Shown piece by piece: positions 41,053-54,910 of a stretch of 64,000 nt of DNA. Position numbers and translations under genes: made by a program. The notes under the pieces were generated by a model. That model was not told where the DNA came from and made no database searches. It saw only the letters and a list, made by a program, of their open reading frames with translations. Source of the DNA: Tubiluchus corallicola (Eukaryota > Animalia > Priapulida); assembly GCA_030141605.1 (NCBI GenBank), contig JAQGDQ010000012.1, forward strand, positions 1,382,359-1,446,358, in the 5' to 3' direction. How positions within the stretch are numbered: the first letter of the stretch is position 1; each line of letters begins with the position of its first letter.

Positions 41053-41307
41053 TTGTATAGTGTCTATATCTATAGACAGCACGACTGACAATATTCAAAG
41101 ACGCTTCACATCACAAAAATATCTAAAATCAACATGGCAGACTTTAAAAAGGTTTACAAGATAGATTAAACAGTAATCCTACATAAAAAACACAGATTCA
41201 CAAAATACAAGCATATAGCGACAAATCAAAATTTGATCACTTCATATATTGTATGCTAGTTTAAATAAGCATTTTAAATAAGCATCACTATTTTGTGAAT
41301 TGAGTAT

Positions 41308-42090
41308 TTCTCGCAAGTATAGATTTCAATTTAGCTGTTGCTAAAAAGGCAAAAAAGTTGTGACATTCTAGTGCAGCGAAACTGCTAAATTTGCGTGAAG
41401 TTACAACATAAAATTTAAAATTCACTTTGCCAGCCAAACATCTCGTTGCTATAACAGTAAACAATCATTTATATTTTCACAGAAGGATTGTTAATGATGA
41501 GTTTGTCAAAAAGACTAGTGCATTACGGTCCCCGGCGTACAAAGCAAACAAACACATAATTTTTATCAAATTTACCCCAATCACACACACACCGTGTTGA
41601 ATTTACTCCACTCCCTTAAACATCTCATCATTTCGTAACTTAAGTACTTCTTGCATGCCAGATTTCAATTGGGCTGCTACTAAAATAACAACAAAACTGC
41701 GAAACCTTAGGTATGATTAAACTAGTAAAATACTTAGTAAATTTAAATCCATTTTATCTATCAAGCATAGTTGCTTGGTGTCATAACAGTAATAATCATT
41801 TATATTTTCATAAAAAGATTATTATGAAGACTTGTTAAAGACTCTATTGTAGTTATACAAAGCAAACCAAAATTTATTGTTGTTATCAAATTTAGCCCAA
41901 CCAAATCCCCATGTTCTAACAGTAAAATGTTATTTAGGCCTACATTTCCATAAAAAATTCATTAAAAAGATTTGAATAAAAGGAGTTATGGCCTTGGTGT
42001 ACAAATCAAACAAACATTATCAAATTTAGCTCAAACCCTTCCTGGTGCCCTAACGGTCATTTAGGCCTATATTTCATAAAAAAGTCATAA
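41308..42090. repeat. Diverged tandem repeat/minisatellite
   Basis: Recurring TAACAGTAA..ATTT..TTTCATAAAAA and AAAGCAAAC..TTATCAAATTTA.CCCAA units (3-4 copies) nested in a duplication of about 340 bp. Confidence 0.6.
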
Positions 42091-45000
42091 GTAGTAAACT
42101 TGTAACTTAAGCATTTCAAAGCAACTGACTTGTGAAATGGTATAATAAACAGTAACTACAAACAGTAACTACAAACAGCAGAATATAGCCAAAAGTTAAG
42201 GACGTCCAATTACGTTTTCATGATTCAACTGTACTAACTCACTATTAAGAGATAAGTTTTATGGACAAAGCTTAGTTTAACTAAATTTTAGTAATTTATC
42301 CTGCAGTGAACTGAATAACTTGAGTTATACTACAAATCCAAAATCATTTCGCTTTTTGTGAATATGTGATTGCCGATTGTAAAGAAGTAAAAGAAAAGTA
42401 ACATAAGAATTGCAAACTCACTACAGTGTACTCGTTTTGTGCCACGAGATTGCATTCAAAGAGGAGGAGATGTGCCTGGAATATAAGTGTATACTTCTGT
42501 CCCAAGTTTGGATTCACTTATACAAAGCTGCCAAGTTAACACGCGCTTTGTCCTTGCGTGCATTTTGTGCACAGGTATTGCCAGGTCACGCAAAAAAACT
42601 TAAACGTTCAAAACTAGAACTTCTGTGACTTTGACGCTCTTTGATGCTATTGAGCTTAGCACACGCGTGTTGCTTCATTACCATCTTGCTATTTGCAAAA
42701 ACAACTTCGCTATAATACAAAGCTATAAACGTCGGTTCATTTCATAACGTCAATAGGAAATTTTCCCTTTCTAAAATACAATCTCAGCCATTTTATTGAA
42801 CAGATAAAATTGAACTCTGATGTTCTGCTGTTTATTTTTCTAGTTTTATGCTAGAATTTGATTATTCGAGGATAGTTGCTGTCATGCTAATGTCATTAAA
42901 GGATACATGATTATTTTGATTCGCCTTATTAGCTGCTAAATATTTGCATCGTAAAGTGAGGTTGGTAAGCAATTCAGCGTAAAACGGCACTTTATTTGTT
43001 CATTTCCCTAGCAGACGCTGATTTATTGGTAAATTAAAACAGCAGCCTTAAACATTTCAATTAAAATCTGAAATTCAATAAGCTTGTAAAAGTTGATTTG
43101 ATCTTTACTTGACCCCTTACTTGTAGGCCTATGCATACACCAATAGATTACAGGTGTGTTATACAACAACTTTGTGTAATACAATAGAAAAGACGACTGA
43201 TGAGCATCAGAGTAATAGGACTTTTGGCGGATGCATGTGCAAGTGAGAAGAATTTTTTAAAATAGTTTTCGATCATGCTGTTCCAATCAATGCGAGACCA
43301 ATCGTAAGGTAAGCTATAGTAATCAGCTTTTACTAATACCCTATAACATGCCTAGTAATATGTCTACAGGCTACTTAAAAGGCTTCGGTGTTAGATAGAA
43401 AATAATATTTGTGAAAACTGATACGTGTACGTGAGGTGTCGAGCAGGAGGTAGCTCAGGTAATATACTGAAGCCATGTTACAGCTTACATGTGCGTGAAC
43501 CGAGTCGTGTATGCCAATGTTCATTACTAAAACCTGATAACTGTAATGTTGAAGGCCAAGGTGGTTGTACCGTTTTACTAAAATTTTGTTTGTGATGGCG
43601 CTCAAAATTTTCAGCGGTTTATTAGTAATGTTTCATATTTTGTGTAGCAACTCGCAACTTAGTTTTATGTCGAATGCTAAATAAAAAAAAGTCCACAACC
43701 TTTTTTGTGTTTTTTATAATTTTTTAAGTTTATTAAGCAAAAGTTATGGCACTAGATAAACAACTGCCATTACAAAAATATGTTCCTAAGCGACATCATT
43801 TTGGTCTGATTTCAACGCACAAAAGCCTTTCTGTTCTAGCTGCATGAAAGCTAATCTACTATGTGACATTGATGCAAAGGAAATGTGAAAAATAAAAAAT
43901 CTAAAAAAATATTCTTATTAAAAATAAGATCCTCAAAAACAAGAAAAAATGATTTCACTCCAAAAAGCAGTGGGAAATACTAAGTCTTAATGGGTCTTTA
44001 TTCGAAAAGTACGTGGGAAAATAAAGTTTTGTTCAAAAATTTAAAAACGTAGTGCTAAAAATGTTCTTTGGTCGATAAATTCATAAGGAAGATGTAGCTT
44101 CATTCAATAAATCACTGATAAAAATGTGGCTTCGTTCAAAAAATCATGTGAAGATTCAAGAATACCGCGAGAAAGACTTGAGTTCGTTGAAAATTTCACT
44201 GAGAAGGACAGCTATTTTAAATTTCGTTCAAGAATCGACTTTAGTTGGAAAAACTAGTGAAAAAATTGGTGTCGATCAGGAAGCTAGTGAAAAAGAGCGG
44301 TCTGCGTTTTCGTTTCCCGATAAAGATCGTGAAGTGCAGTAAACGGCATAATAAAAAACAACAAAACAGTATTTATTTCGGCAGAATGTTATTATTTATG
44401 ATTAACTTAGTCTCATACTATACACTATAAGAAAGGGAAGGGAAGGGAAGGAAAGGAAAGGAAAGGGTTTTACCAGGCGTTGATTGTTATAGGAATCTAG
44501 AAAATACGCTAAATATACAAACTTTAATTTGAGCCAAGATTAGAAATTCAGTTTTTTCAAGCATAATTTTCATTCACGCATTTTCTTAAATACTAATGCA
44601 AACTACAAGGGCCGGTTTTAAGCCTATTTGACAGATTTCTTCAAATTGGGCCCCGCGGGAAGAGTTGCCCCCTCCCCCCGGCCCCGCACGCTCGAACCGA
44701 GGACTCTTTGGATGAATTAATTACCGACCAGTTGTGCACTAAGTTTCTTGATACTGTGAACGCAAGTGAAACTATTCAGTCTGTCATCGTATATCTATAT
44801 TTCAATGTTTTTACTGATCGTTTGTTTATTTATTTTGTAATTTCAGTTAATCGTCTGTTTTTAGAAGGTACATACACAAAACAATATATCAGTAATTATC
44901 TTGGCTTGTAATGAAACATTAAATATTTCATATATGTTTTCAATTTCTAGTATAGGCCTATATCATTCTGGCTAATGGTGGAGCCTGAAGCCTCCAACGC

Positions 45001-48000
45001 TTTTTGGCTGGGACTGGCGTACTACACGAAGCAAGTGGCGGCTCTTAACTAAAATTAGTGGGGTGCTGCTTCAAAAATTGCATTTAGAAACGTTACATCA
45101 CCTCCAAACAGCAAACACGAGAAGCAAAACAATGCGTTTTTACTTCACTGCCGCAAAGCCAACTTTTCCGTTGGTACCATTCAGAAAGCTACGAATATAC
45201 TTCTTGTTGTTGCTTATTCCTGGCTGAGATATTTGAATATTTCCGGGAAGCATAAAACATCAATCTTCAGCTTCTGTAGGGTGGACGGCCCTACTAAAAA
45301 TGTTCTAATTGGACCCGCACTTCCTAGCACCGGTCCTGCAAACTACGTGTGTATTTTACGAATAAAATGCACGATGATAAAAAATTTTATGTTACTGCTG
45401 CCATTTGTTCTAATCGCTTAGCCTGTCTGTACTCCAGCCCTTCCACCCACAGTCCTTATTTGCCTTGGTTTAATTCGTGAAACCGAACGATAAACAGTAG
45501 AAGCTCTCTATTTTAGTCTAAACACTGTTTTGGCTCCAGTGTATAACTATCAACTACGACGACGCATTATAATCTGTACAGCATCCCTCATCCAAAGGAT
45601 AGGTTTGGAAGTGGTGTGGACACCTCTTCCAAACATCAACAAATTCGTAAATTACAACATGACCATACTAGTAACCAATAGATCATTCATTACGTCATCT
45701 TTTCTTTCGAACAGCTACCCTTCAGATTAAGCATCATTCCTTGGTTTTCATTCCAAGGAGCGTAATTGTACAAGTACCTTTTCTGTATATGCTGCTAATA
45801 GCTTTCGTTATTAGCGTCATAAGGAACTAACTAACGAATCACATCTATCTAATAAAGCTAATATGCCATGCATCTTTTTATGCTCCATTTGATCTCTACA
45901 AACCTCTGTACTTTACTTATATAACACGTCTCTGTGTAGGTGATTATTGCAATTTCTATATAATTTTATTGTATAACATATTGATCCGATGGATTGACCT
46001 GTTAGGTAATCAGCGTTTTTACTCGTCTGGATATTATTGTATGTACATCTATACTATATGTATATGTATAGCACCTTATGCATCTATTTTTACAACTCTA
46101 TAACAGCCTATTGCTAAACTACCTATCAAATGCAAGCAAACCCAGCTATAACTAACTACCTCTACACTCAGTAACATACCCATCTACTGTCTGATTTTAT
46201 CCTTGGCTGCCTATCACCTTCTTGGCTGCGTATCATCACCTACCTACCCGAAGGCCTACTTACATGCCTACAGATAGTCTAATTTCTACGAATTTTCTGC
46301 TAGTCTAACTACATTTGCATGCTAGTTTTCCTAGACGTAAATATGCTTACTTAGTTCAGTAAGACTTAAAATTAGAAGAAGACTTGGATTGCTTGCAAAA
46401 ATATGGAAATCTGCAATACAAGTATACTATTCGTTCCAATAGGGATAACTAAGTAAGTTATCGCATTAAAACACACTATTAGCACCAGAAACATTCATCA
46501 AATTACTTCAAATATTATACCATTATCGTTTATTTACGCCCAATGTCTATGAGTTTTTACCGTAAGTGCTGCTTTTGACCCCATTCTTTGTTCGAGTCGA
46601 GACGCATTAGTCTCATTGGCAGAATGATCCTCTGAAGAATCTCAAAACTACCCGATCATTTACACATCCCTTCAGCGCCAATGAAGCCCTTCATTAAAAC
46701 ATCAAACATGTTGGCACATTATGCACTTTGGCATGAATATTAAGTTATAAACGTAGTCAGCAGAAAAGCGTGTCATGATACCAGAAACAGTTACTGTAAC
46801 CAAATCTGTGATACAGGCCTAACAGCTGTGAGACGATCGTCATACACACTAATGGCTTCGCGCCGGGAAAAGAAACCAAGAAGTCAGGGTCTGTCATAAT
46901 AACCGCTATTTCAACGTGTATTAAACGTGCGTTCAAATGAATGATGAAATAACCGGTGGGTGCTAATTGTTGTCCGTTCGAACTGCAATGCGTCATATAA
47001 AAAATTAGAGTATAAACATTTTTAGATTTAGGGCAAATGAATCAGATGCAAATTTGTTGAATACGACAGGTGTGGGCAACTGTTTTATTTACTCTATCCA
47101 CTTCATGTTAACATTGCAGTAGACCTGTTTAAGTGTTTAGGGACTGAAATTGCGAAACTGCATTTATTTTTATTTAATATTAATTTAATTCGTTTTAGGG
47201 CAAACGAGGTTACAATGCTTTATCTAATATTGACTAACTGACCTATGAAATTCATCTTGTAGTAAACTCTTACACAGTAAATGGGGATTTTCTTGTAGCT
47301 ACATTTGAAGTCTTGTGCTGTTTTCGTTTGTTGTCAGGTTGACTTTATAGCGCAAAATATTTCCACGGCCATACATAGAAAAGAGGGGAGTATATAGGTG
47401 TAAAGCAAAATAGCTGCAATAGGCTTATGAAGCCAAATTTGGTGCCACTAAATTTCCTGTGAATGCGATTTCATGAAATTTTTAGTTGTAAATACAGGTG
47501 ATCCTGAAACACTGTATTATTTGTTCGTCTTTTGTACAAAAACTGTGTTGCAGGTATACAACAAATAACAACTTTGTTACACAAGAATAAAAAAAAGTTA
47601 CAAAGGATATCAAAGCCGAACTCAGTAGCTCAGTAATGTAGATGTAGCTTGAGTATAACCTCAAGATTTCAAAATTATCAGCTAATGGCTACAATTATTA
47701 ATAAAATTTGTCAAACTAAATTTATGTGAGCGGAAAAACAAACATATCAACTCAGCCAGTCTGTGCTAGGGGACATTTATGTTTTACACTTAACGTCTTA
47801 GTGCCGCAAATAAGACAGCACTATATAATCAAGACAGAACCGAATACTATTTTATATTTGTACATTTGCTGTAAGCTATTAGTATTGCACGTTCTGAAAT
47901 ACATTAATTATACTTTACATTCTAATTTAGAGTTTACATTCAAATTTAGCTATAATTACATTGTAATCTAATTACTTAGGTGTTTACTCTAACCTAAGTA

Positions 48001-48199
48001 AACTAAGTCTTGAAAATACTAAAAATGTCAGTGAGCCATTGACCGGCTCTTGTGATTGCAAAGTCATGTGGTTCAACTGTTTCACATGCAGAATGAAATG
48101 CATTTTGGGTGACGCAAAAGGTAGCTGATTCAAATCAACCTCAGTTCCTCTTTTTTTGAAAATTTAGTTTCAAAAATGTAGCTAGACCGAATTACTCAC

Positions 48200-48500
48200 C
48201 TGTCAATAAGGGCAGAATCTTTTTCCATCCATAAATCTTTATATTTCATAATTATAATGAAAACTTGAACAAAGTATCACCTCAATTTTATGTAACACAC
48301 AATCCTGTTGAAAATGGTTAGCAGCTTGTTAAATGTAGATTCTTTCACCCACTGACGGAAAATTCACAGACACACAATTTTCCCAACTGTATTAGTTTTT
48401 GCGAAACTGTTGCTAAGCTTTCTTGCAACTTTATTTCACGTTTCGCATGTCACGTTGACATCTGTGCGGTTATTATCAGCACACGACAGGAATCTAACTG
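48200..48500 (-). other. Putative non-coding first exon (5' UTR) of the mGluR-like gene
   Basis: Consensus donor CAG|GTGAGT at 48200; exon 1 has an acceptor 28 nt upstream of its ATG, so an upstream exon or trans-spliced leader is needed; partial NRF1-like TGCGCATGC at 48499-48507. The 5' boundary is a guess. Confidence 0.4.
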
Positions 48501-49234
48501 CGCATGCTCGGGCCAGCAGCCAAGTCGCTTGCTAACACTAGAACTGCGTAAATTTTCCAATTCTTCAATTATTAATAGCCTCTAAAATTAAATAGTTCCG
48601 TGTTTTTACTCCTACAGTTTTTATTTATTCTTGGGTAATAATTAATTTCATTTCTGAATTAATTATTTATTAGTAGTAACCTTAATAGCAAAATCTTTAT
48701 ATGTCGGTAAAATACGTAATCCATTTCAGTTAAAAACTTACCAGCTTTAAGGCTATTGAGTTTACCATCAGATAAGAACACAATGTCTAGACGAAGCATT
48801 TACTATGCTGCAATAACATTTTCGAAATAAAGCCATTGTTGCATTTGGTAAAGACAAAAAAACTCTTTTGCTATACATTAGAACTAAGACGGCATGAGAA
48901 AAGCTTCTATGTGTAAAGTGAAGACGTGTGACCCATATTCTTCAAGAACGTCACATCTATGGTTTTCTCTTTCACCGCATGCCTATCAATCAGCAACACG
49001 TTGAAATTGATGTGGCGTGGTTTCTTGCAAGACTGAAAATCACTAGGTGTCACTTGGCTTATTTAACGAGCTTCTTAAAGTAAATTATTACCATATTCTC
49101 TAGAAAAATATATTTTTTAAAACTTTATAAAGGTGTACAGTCACTAATAACTAGTAGCGCTGGTGTAACGACTAAATATCACATACTTGTAAACCACAAA
49201 TTATTCAAAGAAAAAGAGTGCCCTATCAGAGCAC

Positions 49235-49503
49235 ATTCGTTCATTAATTCAGTCAGTCATTTATTCATTCACTCGTTCGTTCGTTCGTTCGTTTGTTCGT
49301 TTCTTTCATTCGATCATTCATTCATTTCATTTATTAATTCGTTCGTTCGTTCGTTCGTTCGTTCATTCATTCATTCATTCATTCATTCATACTTTCATTT
49401 GCATATTTTATTCATTTATTTCTTCTACTTTCTTTCCTTCACTTTCTTTCTTCTTTCTTTCTTTTTCTTCTTTTTTTCCTTCCTTTGCTCTTTCTTTTTT
49501 TTT
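49235..49503. repeat. (TTCG)n/(TTCA)n and pyrimidine-rich tract
   Basis: Directly visible. Confidence 0.85.
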
Positions 49504-50639
49504 CGTAATCTTATAAAATCTGCCTTCATTTTTCTACCAAGTTTATTGATTTATTTTCTTTCCTAAAGTTTCCAATGGCTTGTCAATAACTGTCAGTAGG
49601 TAGAGCCATAGAGCAGCTCGCTCTCGTGTCTGCGTTTAGAATAATGTCATGCGTGCATGCTGTCACCTGTAATTTAAATTAGTAAGCGATATAGTAAATT
49701 GCATTATAAATTTTTATTTTCAACAACAACGGCTACTTGATCATAAAATAAGACTCTCGTAAACCAAACAATAACACATACACTACATTAAAGGAATGCA
49801 AAACTAACAATAAGCTTTTGTGGTTCGTATTTTCATCTATTCTACGTGTGCACAAATAGGCAGATAGATGGTTCATGGCGTAAAATCTTGTGAAAACACC
49901 TGCTTTCTCATTTTATCCATTTTAAGACTCTAAGATAATAAAAATCACCAAAATCGAGTTAGCGAGAGAGCTCTCTTGAACTGCAATGGGAAACTGTAAA
50001 ATTTAATTTAATACAATTCTTACTTTTCTATTCTCATTTTTCACTTCAAATCTTAAAAAAGGTAATTTGTGGAAGCTTTGCAATTAGCAATCCATTTACC
50101 AATGTTGTATTTACATTTATAAGTGCCAGTGGGATACAGTAAACCTATTAACCTATTAATTATTAATATTTGGCTAATTATCGATTTATTTATATGTGAG
50201 TTGTTTCTGACCTCTGACAATGCGTATTATTTTAGTGTCTTAAATATTAATGACTTTTTCAGAATTAATTATTAACTTTAAAATGATTAAAATTAAGTGT
50301 TTTATGATCATTTATTTTTTGTTTAATTTCTATTTTCTATTTAATTTTTGTTTAAAACCTTACATTAATTAATGAATTATTTTTACGCCAATAGGCATCA
50401 CAGTTTTATTTATAAATGTCAACATACACAAAAGCGTGCCTCCTTATTAACTGACTATGATGACTCCTCAAAATTTTGAAGATTCTGAAATAATGTGAAA
50501 CAAAATTCTTTGTACAATCTGTTTGAGCAAATGAAACATCAAAAGCACAGGCTGCAGCAGTTGCTAGTTACCGCCTCCTGTTGCTGCTGCTGTTACTACT
50601 ACTAATATGATAACGATCTGAAATGGCGGACACATTCTC

Positions 50640-51465
50640 ATTAAACAAGACGATGTGTATTTTCGCGAAATTTTATTAACACTAAAACACTTGAATCGAT
50701 CTGGTATGCACAGATACACTCCTACATGCTGTACTGCATACTTTTTTGGTAAAGTACCAAATAATATATACTTCAACCATTACAGACTGTCAACAATAAA
50801 ATTGTCAACTTCATCAACATTGCGAAATATCGTGACCCATGGTACTCCATTGTATCACAAACAGGTGTATATAATTACAACACCAGAGCGTCACCAAAAG
50901 GACTTTATTATCAGACAACTACTACACAGCTTAAGGTCCCAGTATATGCAGTAATGCAGCCTACACAGCATTAAATTATGTAATTCAGTCCGGGATCAAT
51001 TTAACCTCATTGTCCTTCCTCAGCAAGGACTGTGGACTGTCCACTCAGACACCAGATCAATTATTATCTTGTTGCCCGTTGGTCAACCAAAGGAAGAGGC
51101 GGCATTTATGTTAGAGCTTGCTGATCAAACAACAGATGTGATATTTTTAAAACAGGACAAAAGTATAATCACAGCATTTTTGGACTTAGTGAAAGATGGC
51201 TACATCGTGAAGACGTTAACTAATCGCTAGTATACCTTTATTTACATTTTGTTTTTTATTGTTTGTACATTCTAACGTATTTGTTTATACATATGCATTT
51301 GTTCATTTGTATATAATTTGTACAGTTGCTTTTATTTTTTTATGTAATTGTATGTATTTATTTATGTGTGTCAGTAATATCTGTACATGGTTTCAGTTTT
51401 AATTATTGATGTATTGAGCCTGCAAATAGAGGCGTAATAAAAGATTTATCATCATCACCATCATT
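50640..51465 (+). mobile_element. 3' end of a decayed LINE
   Basis: RQLLHSLRS..DCGLSTQTPDQLLSCCP knuckle-like remnant, AT-rich 3' UTR, AATAAA and an (ATC)n tail. Confidence 0.5.
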
Positions 51466-51525
51466 CCTCAGCAATGCAGAAAAGTTACAAATCATATCGA
51501 CTAAGAATTTATGCAGTATCATAAA

Positions 51526-51664
<139 letters not shown>

Positions 51665-51867
51665 TGCTGTTCTTTTTTCAGTTGATGTTTACACGCGTGT
51701 TTTTTATAGTTGTGACCTTTAATCACAAGAAAACCCTGCACTTATATAAAGCTTAAAAAATTCGTCTTGAAATTTTATAACACTTACGTACTGCCTTTTT
51801 GCATGTAGGACTTCAATCAGCAGTAACGCTCTATAAAACGTAAATTTAAGCTCCGCGATTTGTGTCA

Positions 51868-51951
51868 GTAGTGGTTGGCGGGTGGTTAAGGTAACGGACT
51901 GTGGGTGCTTCTCTGCTTGCAGTCCGAATTCGAATCTCAAAACCACCTGCA
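51868..51951 (+). pseudogene. tRNA(Ser)-like pseudogene or SINE head
   Basis: 5' end GTAGTGGTTGGCGGGTGGTTAAGGTAACGGACT resembles tRNA-Ser; A-box-like and B-box-like (AATTCGAATC) motifs; the ends can pair. Confidence 0.5.
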
Positions 51952-52298
51952 TTGGCGCAAATAGTTGTTATCTATGTTATTTTTTGCGGCGTCTCAGTGT
52001 TGTTGTATTCGTTAAGAGTCGCTTATGGTAGCATATGGCTAATGTTGTCTGTTGTCCCAGCGACTGTAAATAAGTGTTTTTTGTCCTTTGTTCTTCTGTT
52101 CCGCGATGACCGTTAGACGCAGCCATTTTGACGACAGGTCATTTTAAACAAGTTTAGATAACTTTGTGTATAAAATTTGACAACATTGTTTGAAGTTTGG
52201 AAAAAAATCAGAGCATTCGTAGCGCACACGTCACTAACTGAGTAAAATTTGAAATTACTGTATCTTGTCAATAAGATTAAAAATACGTTTTTTGGTTA

Positions 52299-53067
52299 GT
52301 GAGTGGTGCACCCTGGAGGGTGAGTCAGCAACATTTTACCAATTGGTGAAAACATTTTAAATAATTAATAATTTTCTTTTCTAGTTACACAAGTCTTTCT
52401 TTGCATGGAAAGTTTTTTGGGACGTAATTTAACATTGCCTTTTCTTCTCCTGACTTACGACTTCGGAACAGTTTTGCGGGAAATTTAAAATGAAAAATTT
52501 CTTTTAATGCGAGTAGGATATTTGTATAAAATTGTTATAAAACAATATAATTTTTTTAACGCCATTTTTCTAAAACTTTCTTCAGGTACCCATTTTCTTG
52601 TTTTTTAAAGCAAAACTGGACCCCATCTTAAATTGTAGGTCAAAGCAATCTACTCTTTAAAATTTTGAAAAGAAACATACTATTTTTTCGAAAATGATTT
52701 TAATACCACACAAACACAATTTCACGTTCACGCCACTAGTCCGCTGTTACATGCATTTCGCCATTCGCTAGTTAGACGAAAACTAGCGCCTACATTTCGG
52801 AAACGCATTGCCCAAAAAACAGGTACTGTACCTCTTAGTTCAGGTGTTAATTTGTGACGAACTACACAGGCTCGACAGTTCATACATGAGCACAGCGGTA
52901 AATTTGAAATTTCAAGTTCTATCTTAAAACTTGCCTAGTTTTAGTACAACACACTGAATAGCTTATAGTAGTACTGTACTAAAATTTTTGCTTTCGCAAA
53001 GACATGCACACGCTCGTGGAATACTTTGCTGTTGAAAATTGTGATGTCATCAAGAGTTGGGCTCGCC

Positions 53068-53121
<54 letters not shown>

Positions 53122-53978
53122 TTTTTACAGTAGTTTCGAACACCTCTTATTTGTACTTGCTATAGTGAAACTCCTTCTCGAGCTCCAAGCCTTTGATGAT
53201 CGCTGTATTTGTCACGAGTCCTTGTTTTACCTGCACAGATTTGCATCGTGTTTGAATCTAGAATCACGAACTTAGTATTGCAAAAGGCAAAACTGCCTCC
53301 ACTGTCGCTTTTTTTTAAAAGTTGAAAACAAGAAAAGATCGCAAATTATGCGACATAGTTGTAAAAAAACGAAAAATAGCGAAAAACTTTTATTGTGTCA
53401 TTGTTTCTGGGCAACATTCCAAAACATAATAATTGCATTAAAGTTAATTATTATTTCTTATAGGCAATACAAAATATTTAAAATAGCGAACATGCATTTG
53501 AGTTAAAACAGAAGTTTGAAGCCATTACAATGTTATGACATGAACAAGAAAGTTACATTATAACAGCTACAAATATAACAAACCAACAGCGTTATATAAT
53601 TATATTTCTTTCAAAGGTCTCTGTAACGTACATTGTTAGTGTCTAGTGTACTCTAGTATATATAACTTTTTAAAGTGCTACATAGTAGCTCAGTCATTAG
53701 GTCAGTTTTTTTTTACTTTTAATACAAGCTTATAATAACAACTTAACACAAGAATCAGGATTTGCTGTTGGTGACTGTACAATGTTAAATGGGTAGAAAC
53801 GGTAATTGTAAAGAATATCCTCAAAAAACTTTCCACACAAAGTTATACTACTTAGTATCACGCTTACCAGCTTGAAAGACTTGTGTAAGTATAAAAAAAA
53901 TTCTTGGTAATTTAAAATGTTCGCGCAAACTGGTAAAATGTCATTGGCTCACCTTCCGAGTGTGCAACACTGACTCAC
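52299..53978. mobile_element. Putative TIR element (about 1.7 kb) flanked by TA
   Basis: 52299-52425 matches the reverse complement of 53815-53978 (GTGAGT..GGTGAG..ACATTTTACCA..ACATTTTAAAT..TTACACAAGTCTTT..TGGAAAGTTTTTTG); TA at 52297 and 53979; no transposase ORF. Confidence 0.6.
53068..53118. repeat. (TA)n microsatellite
   Basis: Directly visible. Confidence 0.9.
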
Positions 53979-54779
53979 TAGTACTGCACTTTAATTTTCG
54001 CTTTCGCAAACACGTGCAACACGCTCGTGGAATATTTTTGCAGTTGAAAATTATGTTGATTTGTGATGTCATCAGTTGTTGGACTCGCCGTAAATTACGT
54101 TTTTAATCTATTATTTAATTATCAGAAACGCTTTTGCAGTATTGATTGTGTTAAAATGTATACTTTTTGTCTGACTTGAAAATTGGGTAGTATATGAAAA
54201 ATCATCCTGCCTTCCTTTAATATTTTCTATCCTAGACTATCTTTATAATTTATCGTTATTACATTCACTTAACTATTAGCAACGACGTCGTTATGACGGC
54301 TTTGTGAAACCGGGCCTAGCAAAACTATTATATAAATACACATTTGTTTTCTTCAAATAAACTTTTTTATACCCGCAACAGCGAAACTTGTACTGCTTTG
54401 TTGCTGTTGGAAAATAGGTGTATTTTCCTTTCACAACTACAGTCAGTACACTCAGTATGAAAGTTACACACAGTATGAAAATTAAAGTATTTTTTGCTTA
54501 ATTTAACTAGCTGCTGAATGCCATGCTAGACTTGTACAATATGTATTAATTAAGATTACAAAATTTTTGAATTTCTCTGTGTTTATTTTTCATTTTATTT
54601 TTTCGTATAGTAGTTAATGTAATATTGTAAACGATGATTTAATTATGAATAAGCGCAGGTATCCACAACAGAATTTAAATCACAGTTATTTCATTCAAAC
54701 GTATGATACATGACGCTATTCAAACATCTAGAAGATCGAAAGGTCATGCGTTGTCTATCAAAAACCACTACACCGTTAC

Positions 54780-54910
54780 ACAATTCTGAACTAAAAATTT
54801 TAAGTACCGTGAAAATTTAAAACCACCAACAGTTGTCATTGTTGCATGCACTTTCTACGTGTGGCGCATTAGAGCAATATTAAATGCTTTACACCCTGTT
54901 TCGTTTAAAG
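54780..54910 (+). other. Putative 5' UTR exon of the Ig gene
   Basis: Donor AAG|GTGAGC at 54910, about 1 kb upstream of the acceptor at 55926; start boundary uncertain. Confidence 0.45.

Noticed and set aside
41308-42090. Repeat-spacer-like periodicity suggestive of CRISPR
   Set aside because: Units are diverged along their whole length, there are no cas genes, and the context is eukaryotic.
51976-52126. Minus-strand short ORF starting CAAAATGGCTGCG (strong start context)
   Set aside because: About 49 codons, no splice donor or homology recognised, and it lies among repeat fragments.
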